Assembly: GCA_043825735.1 (NCBI GenBank)
Contig: JBDRRP010000086.1
Location: forward strand, 11,046-75,045
From: Pseudomonadota bacterium
Lineage (GTDB): Bacteria > Desulfobacterota > Desulfobacteria > Desulfobacterales > JBDRRP01
Length of the DNA stretch: 64,000 nucleotides
Reading direction: 5' to 3'
This document shows positions 57,508 through 64,000 of this stretch, piece after piece. The notes beneath the pieces were generated by a model. The model saw only the letters and a program-made list of their open reading frames with translations, was not told where the DNA came from and made no database searches. A program made the translations under genes and the position numbers. Within the stretch, counting starts at the first letter, position 1; each line of letters begins with the position of its first letter.

Positions 57508-59202
57508 TTAAAACGGCAGCCCTCCCTTTTTGAGAAGTCCCCCGCCAATGTTCAGGCGTTTTTCGATTTCCGCCTGAATGCCGTCAAATCCGGCAAGCTG
57601 CCCCTTTGCCTGGGCGCTCTGACCCGATACGTCGGCGGTGATGCGCTGGTTGAGCTGCGCTTTCAGGCTGGCCGTCTGGTCGGCGACGACATTGCTGAGC
57701 GACTGCGAGAGCATCTGGTCCATATCCGAGCGGATTGAGACGGTGTAGTCGGACAGGGTGCCTCGGGCATCGGCGGTTGCACTGAATTTGGAGACCGAGG
57801 CCAGCGCCGAGGACAGCGCTTTGGCCAGGATGTCGCCCTCGGCCGGTTTGCCTGTGCTGATGGCGACATCGGCCATACTGGCCGTGGCCGTCGTTTTGAT
57901 GGCGTCGTCCATCATGTCCGCCGTGAAGTCAATGTCGGCCATCGCTTTTGAAAGCATCACCGGAAGACCGGCGGTGCCGGGTATTTGATAATCGGTGAGT
58001 TTGAGACCGCTGATCTTGCCGGAAAGATCCATTTTGGTTTTGCCCGCCGTTGCCAGATCCAGCAGGCCGTTGAGCCCCAGATGCGTGATACCCCCTACGT
58101 CCCGACCGTTGAAGGCCATGGTCATGGGCGCACCCACCCTGGCGGGCTGGTTGGAGATGTTTTTGACGGTGCCATCGATGGTGCCTTTAGCCAGTTCCAT
58201 GCTGGCGGCAGTGTTTTTCACCCAGACAAACACACCGGATCCGCCGTCTGCCGGCGGGGCGCTATCCTGATCTTTGGATGTTTTGCCCTTCGCAGGGCCC
58301 TTGAACCGTTCGTACCAGTCGATGGCCTTGGTGACCCACCCGCAATAGGCATCACCGAAAAGGGCCTTGCTCATGTTTTTCAGCCCGTCGCCGGAAAGGG
58401 CGTACTTGCTGGCCAGGCGGGAGACATCCGCTGCGATCTGGCTGCTCGTTTTCTGGATGTCCTCCTGCAGCCGGCTGACTTCCTGCTGCACCTGCTGCTG
58501 GGCGCTGTTGAGGCTTTGGAGGTCTTTTTCAATGTCTTTCTGAATGCTTTGGATCTCATTGGGCGCGCCCAGCAGGGCGCCGAAACCGGCCTTTGCGCCG
58601 CCACCGGTCAACTTCTCGATGCGCTGCCGATACTGGTCGAAGGTTTGCTGGTCGGGCAGGGTATCGAGCAGTTTCTGCTGCCGGTCCTTTTCGGCGGTGA
58701 TCCGGGCGCTGAGTTGCTGCACGTATTCCGAGGAGAGCAGTTTTTCCTTGCTCAGGATGTCTTTGACATCGGGCATGGAAAGGGGCGGCAGCGACATCCC
58801 CTTGCAGCCGCCGGCTTCTTTTGCCGGTGGCGGGGCGACCCCCGGCACGGCGCCGGACGCTTTTCGGGGGGTATCGAGGCGGATGCCGGTCATGGCCATC
58901 TGTTCCACGATGACTTCCTTTTTCAGCAGCGGCATCACGTCCAGGGCAAAGGAGATCTGCTTGACAGAAACGGCGTTGGTCATGGGCGCGGCGGGGTCGG
59001 TGACGTCAAGACCCGAGAGCGTCAGCCCCAGGGGAAAAAACGATAAATCGGCGGCGGCCAGATCCACCCGTGCCCCGACGGCCTTCGTGCCGTATTTTTC
59101 GATCTGGTTTTCGATGATGCCGTCGATCATGAAAACGAAGACGACCAGCAATAGCGCCAGAATGCCGGTGGCAAAGGCCAGAACGCGAACGATAGATTTC
59201 AT
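57508..59202 (-). CDS. TIGR03545-like (AsmA-related) membrane-anchored protein
   Basis: N-terminal TM, GARVDL..ADLS, DP..PMTN, central coiled coil, beta-rich C-terminal half. Confidence 0.75.
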   Translation of the reverse strand: MKSIVRVLAFATGILALLLVVFVFMIDGIIENQIEKYGTKAVGARVDLAAADLSFFPLGLTLSGLDVTDPAAPMTNAVSVKQISFALDVMPLLKKEVIVEQMAMTGIRLDTPRKASGAVPGVAPPPAKEAGGCKGMSLPPLSMPDVKDILSKEKLLSSEYVQQLSARITAEKDRQQKLLDTLPDQQTFDQYRQRIEKLTGGGAKAGFGALLGAPNEIQSIQKDIEKDLQSLNSAQQQVQQEVSRLQEDIQKTSSQIAADVSRLASKYALSGDGLKNMSKALFGDAYCGWVTKAIDWYERFKGPAKGKTSKDQDSAPPADGGSGVFVWVKNTAASMELAKGTIDGTVKNISNQPARVGAPMTMAFNGRDVGGITHLGLNGLLDLATAGKTKMDLSGKISGLKLTDYQIPGTAGLPVMLSKAMADIDFTADMMDDAIKTTATASMADVAISTGKPAEGDILAKALSSALASVSKFSATADARGTLSDYTVSIRSDMDQMLSQSLSNVVADQTASLKAQLNQRITADVSGQSAQAKGQLAGFDGIQAEIEKRLNIGGGLLKKGGLPF

Positions 59203-59548
59203 GCAAGGACTCCTATTGAGCGGTTTCGGAATTGACCGCCCGCGGGAACGGGTGGATGAATCAAACTATGGTACAGACGCGTGCTTCAGTCAAACTCGTT
59301 GTATTATTTTTCGTCGGTTTTAAACATTCAGCAAATTGTGGCCGTGGCCACCGGAAGGCGTTGGAACAGACCGTTTGTATGCGCCGCCAGCATTCATGGA
59401 CCCGGTCCACGATTATCATCTTGACAGGAGCGTTCCATACTTGGATCATGTTCAGTGACGATGGGGCACTGGCCGGTGATTTTCGCGTGGCGTGTCCCCC
59501 GGGGCGACATATCCACGGGCTCATATCCGTTACGGCGATCACTTTGAT

Positions 59549-60409
59549 ATGACCGCCGCGGGAAAAAATACCGAGAACCCAATGGGAAAAATGGCCATGC
59601 GCCGTGATGCCGGTCGTCACCAGTCCCTGCTGCTTCAAGTCGCCCGTGATGCGGCGTCCCAGTCTCTTTTGCTGGAGCATCTCGAATCTCTCGCGACCAT
59701 CGATGACGGTATTTTGCAAAAGCGCGTGCTCAAAGAGGTGATCCGCAGCTATGTCTCCCTGGAGCGGCGCGTTGACGCCCTGCTGAAGAACACCCTGCCC
59801 GCCAGCGTTGCCGAGGCCATCAAATTCGAAGGACGCTTTGTGCCGCGCCGGTATCGGTGCTCCATTCTGTTTACGGATTTCGTGGGATTCACCCATATTT
59901 GCGAAGCCGTTTCCAGCGATACCACCGTCGAGATGCTGGGCACTGTGTTCACCGCATTCGATGATATCGTCTCCCGGCATCACGGCACCAAGATAAAAAC
60001 CATCGGAGATGCGTACATGGCCGTCTTCGGCGCGCCCGAAAGCCGTCCGGACCATGCGGTCTGCGCCATCCGGGCCGCTCGGGACATGCTCTCGTTCATG
60101 GCTGGGTTTAACCGGAACGCCGCGCATCCGTTTCACATGCGTGCGGGCATTCACAGCGGCGAAGTGACCGCCGGCGTGGTGGGGCGCGAGCGCATGCAGT
60201 TTGATGTCTTCGGCGACAATGTGAACATCGCCGCCCGATTCGAGGCGGCGGGCGCCCCGGATCGCATCAATGTTTCGGAGGATACTCATTTGGCTGCGCA
60301 ATCTGATTTTGTATTTGAAGCCAGAGGGGAGATTGCCCTTAAGAACAAAGGGCGGATGAGGGCCTATTTCGTGGCGGAGGAACACCGCCCGGACAGCGGC
60401 ACATCCTAA
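59549..60409 (+). CDS. Soluble class III adenylate cyclase
   Basis: ILFTDFVGFT, KIKTIGDAYM, RAGIHSG, FDVFGDNVNIAARFE. The Lys/Asp pair indicates ATP specificity. No TM. Start uncertain (59492, 59549 or 59582). Confidence 0.9.
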   Translation: MTAAGKNTENPMGKMAMRRDAGRHQSLLLQVARDAASQSLLLEHLESLATIDDGILQKRVLKEVIRSYVSLERRVDALLKNTLPASVAEAIKFEGRFVPRRYRCSILFTDFVGFTHICEAVSSDTTVEMLGTVFTAFDDIVSRHHGTKIKTIGDAYMAVFGAPESRPDHAVCAIRAARDMLSFMAGFNRNAAHPFHMRAGIHSGEVTAGVVGRERMQFDVFGDNVNIAARFEAAGAPDRINVSEDTHLAAQSDFVFEARGEIALKNKGRMRAYFVAEEHRPDSGTS

Positions 60410-60419
60410 GGGAGGGGGC

Positions 60420-61229
60420 ATGGATAATGGCGAACGGTACGCACGCCCGATTCCGGTGGCCGAGGACATCTTCTGGGTCGGCAGCCGGGACGGCGGAGAC
60501 GGGTTTACCTGCAACCCCTACCTTGTCATCTCCGGCGACGAGGCGGTGCTCATCGACAGCGGCAGTCGAACGGATTTTGCCGTGGTGATGATGCGCATCC
60601 TCCAGGCCGGTATCGATCCCCGCCAGATCGTGGCGTTGATTTACCACCATTACGATCCGGATCTGTGCGGGTCCATGGCCAACTTCATCGACATGTGCGA
60701 CAATCCCGAATTGAAGGTCGTCTCCGAGCACCGAAACAACGTGTTCATTTCCTACTATATCCCGCGCGACTACTATCACCTGCTGCGTTCGGTGGAGGAT
60801 TACGACCACTGTTTCAGCCTTGGGACGCGCCGTCTTCAATTCGTGCCCACGCCGTACTCCCACAGTCCCGGGAGTTTTGTGACCTATGATCAACGGACTC
60901 GGACCCTGTTTTCGAGCGATCTATTCGGCAGTTTCGGAACCGCCGGCGACCTGTTCATGAAGTTGTCGCCCGCGTGCCATACCTGCAGCGATTTCGACCA
61001 CTGCCCCCAGCAGCGCCCGGTGTGTCCGCTCAAGATGCTCGCCCGGTTTCACCAGCAGGTAATGCCCTGTCAGAAGGCCCTGCAATATGCCATCGCCCAG
61101 TTGCGGCGGCTGGACATCGCATGCATCGCCCCGCAGCACGGACCGATCATCGCCGAACGGCGCGACATCGAGCATGTCATGACGCGCCTGGAACAACTGG
61201 AAGCAGTGGGCATTGACGGCATTTGTTGA
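60420..61229 (+). CDS. MBL-fold oxygen-binding di-iron (ODP-like) protein
   Basis: CNPYL, LIDSG, HHYDPDLC, PYSHSPG, LFSSDLFG, FHQ..MP, IAPQHG; no flavodoxin domain; GGAGG RBS. Confidence 0.85.
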   Translation: MDNGERYARPIPVAEDIFWVGSRDGGDGFTCNPYLVISGDEAVLIDSGSRTDFAVVMMRILQAGIDPRQIVALIYHHYDPDLCGSMANFIDMCDNPELKVVSEHRNNVFISYYIPRDYYHLLRSVEDYDHCFSLGTRRLQFVPTPYSHSPGSFVTYDQRTRTLFSSDLFGSFGTAGDLFMKLSPACHTCSDFDHCPQQRPVCPLKMLARFHQQVMPCQKALQYAIAQLRRLDIACIAPQHGPIIAERRDIEHVMTRLEQLEAVGIDGIC

Positions 61230-62177
61230 ATGAAAAATGGAGGCATGATCATGGCATTGAAGCCTTATCAGCAGAAAATTCTCGAACTCTACGAAGATCA
61301 GGAGCGCCAGCTGGCCATGCTTTACAGCTGCTTCGGCCGGCAGTTTCCAAATGACAACGCCTTCTGGGGGCAGCTGGTGCGGGAAGAGGAAATGCACGCC
61401 CGGCTCATTTCCAAACTGAACGCGGCTGTAGACACGGGGGCGTTGCTGTTTGACGAGGGAAAGGTGAAAACCTATACCCTGTCTGCCATGATCGAGCGTC
61501 TGGACGTATTGCGCCGCAAGGCCGAGGCCGGGCAAATGGACCGCCGGGGGGCTTTGGCCCAGGCCCTGGATCTTGAGTCGGCCCTCATCGAAAAGGGGGT
61601 GTTCACCCATTTCGAAGCCCTCAACGACAAGGCCCGCGTCGTCTTGAAGCGCCTCAACGGTGAAACACTCGATCATGTGGCCCGGGTGCGGCGCATGCGC
61701 GACGCGGACGCCGACGCGCCGAGGGCATCTGTCCTGTCGGGGGATCGGTCACCGGCTGGCCAGGCCGCCACTGCCGTGCTCGAGTGGACCCCGGCGCTGT
61801 CGGTGAACGACGATCGGCTGGACAGACAGCACCAGCTGCTGTTTGCCATTATCAACGATCTGGCCGACCTCCGGGCCAAGGGCGGTGAGCGCCGCGGCAT
61901 CATCGACCTCATCACCCGGATGATCGGGTTTTCGGACGCGCATTTTGGTTGCGAAGATGAAGTGATGCTCGACGCCGATTTTCCTTTGTTTGCCAGCCAC
62001 CGGCGGGAGCACCAGCAGTTCATGGAACGGGTGGGTCAGTTTTTGGAAGGGTACCAGCAGCGCACCCAGGATTTGACCGGCGAAATGATGGCGTTTCTCC
62101 AGGCGTGGTGGCTCAACCACACGGCCGAGTCGGACCGGCGCTACGCCAGGTGGATCCAGAAACGTCAATCCGATTAG
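61230..62177 (+). CDS. Ferritin/rubrerythrin-like domain fused to bacteriohemerythrin
   Basis: N-terminus: E..LY, EEEMH, LE, ETLDH. C-terminus: W...LSV...LDRQH, HFGCE, HRREH, NHTAESD. Start may be 61245 or 61251. Confidence 0.85.
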   Translation: MKNGGMIMALKPYQQKILELYEDQERQLAMLYSCFGRQFPNDNAFWGQLVREEEMHARLISKLNAAVDTGALLFDEGKVKTYTLSAMIERLDVLRRKAEAGQMDRRGALAQALDLESALIEKGVFTHFEALNDKARVVLKRLNGETLDHVARVRRMRDADADAPRASVLSGDRSPAGQAATAVLEWTPALSVNDDRLDRQHQLLFAIINDLADLRAKGGERRGIIDLITRMIGFSDAHFGCEDEVMLDADFPLFASHRREHQQFMERVGQFLEGYQQRTQDLTGEMMAFLQAWWLNHTAESDRRYARWIQKRQSD

Positions 62178-64000
62178 ACGCGGCCCCCCGCCTCAGCATT
62201 TATAAGCATCCAGTGACCGATCGATTCGCTGACGCGCAGCCGCTGGCCTCCCAGCGACAGCGCCGGCACCGGGCCCATCAAAGCATTGGTGACGAAAACA
62301 CCGTCGGCTTCGAAAAGATCTTCTGGCATCACCGGCCGCGTTTCGACGGCCATCCCTTTTGACAAAAGATGGTCGCAGGCGATCTTCTCCATAATTCCGG
62401 GAAGCACCGCCGCCGAAGCGGGGCGGATGATGCGTCTCCCCCGGACGATGAGGATGTTGCCGGTGTTGGTCTCTGAAACCGTACCGCCGGGGTTCAAGAT
62501 AACGGCTTCGTCGGCCTCGTTGGCGGCGGCCCACTGGCCGGCCAGGTGGTAGTAAAGGTAGTTGAGGGTCTTGTGGTTGGCCAGGGGGGTTTGCCGGGGT
62601 TCGGGGTAGAGCGCCAGACGAAGGCCCTTCAACGGCGTGGTCTCCAGCCGGTGGCGGTAGGCGCGGGCCGTGACGATGATCCGGTGGTCGAAAGGGGCGC
62701 AGCTCCGGCTGCCCCGGGTGGCCAGCAGCTTTACTGCCGCCACGGTATCGGCAAGGCCGTTTCTTTGCACGACTTCACCGATGATGTCCTCCCAGGTGAC
62801 GTCCGGCAGCGGTGATGGAAACAGCGCCTGCCATGCCGCATAAAACCGCTGCAGGTGATCGCCGAGGTGGCGGATGCGGCCGCGTTCGACGCGGATGGTT
62901 TCAAAAAACCCGTGTCCGTACTGCAGACCCAGATCGCTGATCAAAACGGCGGCGGTATCCGCGGGCTTGAATATGCCCGAGTCCCATGCCCACGCGCCGG
63001 CCGCCGGTTCGGCGCCCGCGTGCCCGCCGAAGACTTCCATCAGCGTGCGGCCTTTGTGAAGCGTTTCGTCGAACTCGTCGGCCGGGTCCGAGTCGAAGAC
63101 GATGCCGCCGCCCACCGAGAAGGTGATGCGGTCGTGACTGATCGTCGCGGTGCGGATGGCGATGGAAAGATCCATGGTGTCGTGAAAGCTCACATAGCCG
63201 ATGGCGCCGGTGTAGATGTGACGCCGGGTCGGCTCCATCTCGTCGATGATTTCCATGGACCGCACCTTGGGGCACCCGGTGATGGAGCCGCCGGGGAAGG
63301 TCGCCCGCAGGATGTCCACGCTGTCGTACTGGGGATCGCGCCGGCCTTCCACCACCGAAACCAGGTGCCAGACGTTTTTATAAGCTTCCACGCGCTTGTG
63401 CTCGGCCACGCGCACCGACCCGCCAACGCAGACCTTGCCGATATCGTTTCTGAGAAGATCCACGATCATGGACAGTTCGGCATCGTCTTTTTTACTGGCG
63501 GCCAGTTCTTCCCTGAGCGCCGCGTCGGACGCGGCCGTTTCCCCGCGGGGTCGGGTGCCCTTGATGGGCCGGGTTTCCACCCGCTCGCCTTCCCGCTGGA
63601 TGAAGCGCTCCGGTGATGTGGACACGATATGGTGGTCGCCGGCGTTGACGTAGGCAAAAAACGGGGCCGGGTTTTTACGGTACAGCGCGGCAAACAAAGC
63701 CCACGGGTCCCCTGAAAAATCCATCTGAAACCGCTGGCTCATGTTGACCTGATAGACATGGCCTGAGGCGATGTATTCACGGATGCGGCGGACGGCGTCG
63801 AGGTAGTCGCCGCGCTCAAAATTGGACCGAAAACCGCGGCGGTCTCCGGAAAAACCGCCGGGTGCCGGCGGCGGGCTTGTCAGGCGGTCGCGGACGGCTG
63901 CCATTTCGGCGCGCACGGCGTCATCGTCGTCGGTGTCGAACCGGGGGCGCAGCATGCGGGTTTTGCTCTCCCGGATGTCGTGGACGATGACAACGGACGG
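62174..64000 (-). CDS. pabB: Aminodeoxychorismate synthase component I fused to a class IV aminotransferase/ADC lyase (5' end outside the window)
   Basis: YQVNMSQR, SPERF, TRPIKGTRPR, MIVDLLRND, FPGGSITGCPK, then YGHGFFET, HKTLNY, VLPGI. The frame is open to the window edge. Confidence 0.92.
   Translation of the reverse strand, partial: PSVVIVHDIRESKTRMLRPRFDTDDDDAVRAEMAAVRDRLTSPPPAPGGFSGDRRGFRSNFERGDYLDAVRRIREYIASGHVYQVNMSQRFQMDFSGDPWALFAALYRKNPAPFFAYVNAGDHHIVSTSPERFIQREGERVETRPIKGTRPRGETAASDAALREELAASKKDDAELSMIVDLLRNDIGKVCVGGSVRVAEHKRVEAYKNVWHLVSVVEGRRDPQYDSVDILRATFPGGSITGCPKVRSMEIIDEMEPTRRHIYTGAIGYVSFHDTMDLSIAIRTATISHDRITFSVGGGIVFDSDPADEFDETLHKGRTLMEVFGGHAGAEPAAGAWAWDSGIFKPADTAAVLISDLGLQYGHGFFETIRVERGRIRHLGDHLQRFYAAWQALFPSPLPDVTWEDIIGEVVQRNGLADTVAAVKLLATRGSRSCAPFDHRIIVTARAYRHRLETTPLKGLRLALYPEPRQTPLANHKTLNYLYYHLAGQWAAANEADEAVILNPGGTVSETNTGNILIVRGRRIIRPASAAVLPGIMEKIACDHLLSKGMAVETRPVMPEDLFEADGVFVTNALMGPVPALSLGGQRLRVSESIGHWMLINAEAGGRV

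Noticed and set aside
59337-59352. CRP-like site TGTGG-N6-CCACC upstream of the cyclase operon
   Set aside because: Too many mismatches to TGTGA-N6-TCACA to support a call.
59261-60514. 417-aa minus-strand ORF
   Set aside because: Antisense to the well-supported adenylate cyclase.

Overview
GC-rich (~60%) bacterial chromosome segment. Gene content and repeat types suggest a Desulfobacterales-like deltaproteobacterium (inference). In order: an ImuB-like/DnaE2 mutagenesis pair; a lower-GC block with a PAS-sigma54 activator, a candidate enhancer and -24/-12 promoter, small stress and membrane genes, a solo GroEL and ClsB; an MsrA with an in-frame UGA at the catalytic position plus a SECIS-like hairpin (selenoprotein); LOR/SDH-like, CDF and MscS genes; a decayed zone (type III Mod fragment, REP pair, vapBC, SNF2 and AAA fragments); MFS, Dus, rubrerythrin-like and mazEF genes; a five-gene CP-ATP-grasp/alpha-E/transglutaminase operon; a 1041-aa PHP-like membrane protein; Hsp33, thioredoxin, a sulfite-oxidase-family enzyme and a receiver protein; a RelA/SpoT-type HD protein; an IclR-linked sugar/cyclitol-type catabolic cluster including a Gfo/Idh/MocA-SCP2 fusion; a GH-A glycosidase; DUF2784, DJ-1 and TIGR03545-like genes; an adenylate cyclase + ODP-like di-iron MBL + ferritin-hemerythrin operon (best candidate for a new O2-sensing cAMP system); and a partial PabB-PabC fusion. 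Intergenic spaces hold many MITE/REP-like palindromes. No rRNA, tRNA or CRISPR array was recognised. All family calls come from motif recognition, not database searches.
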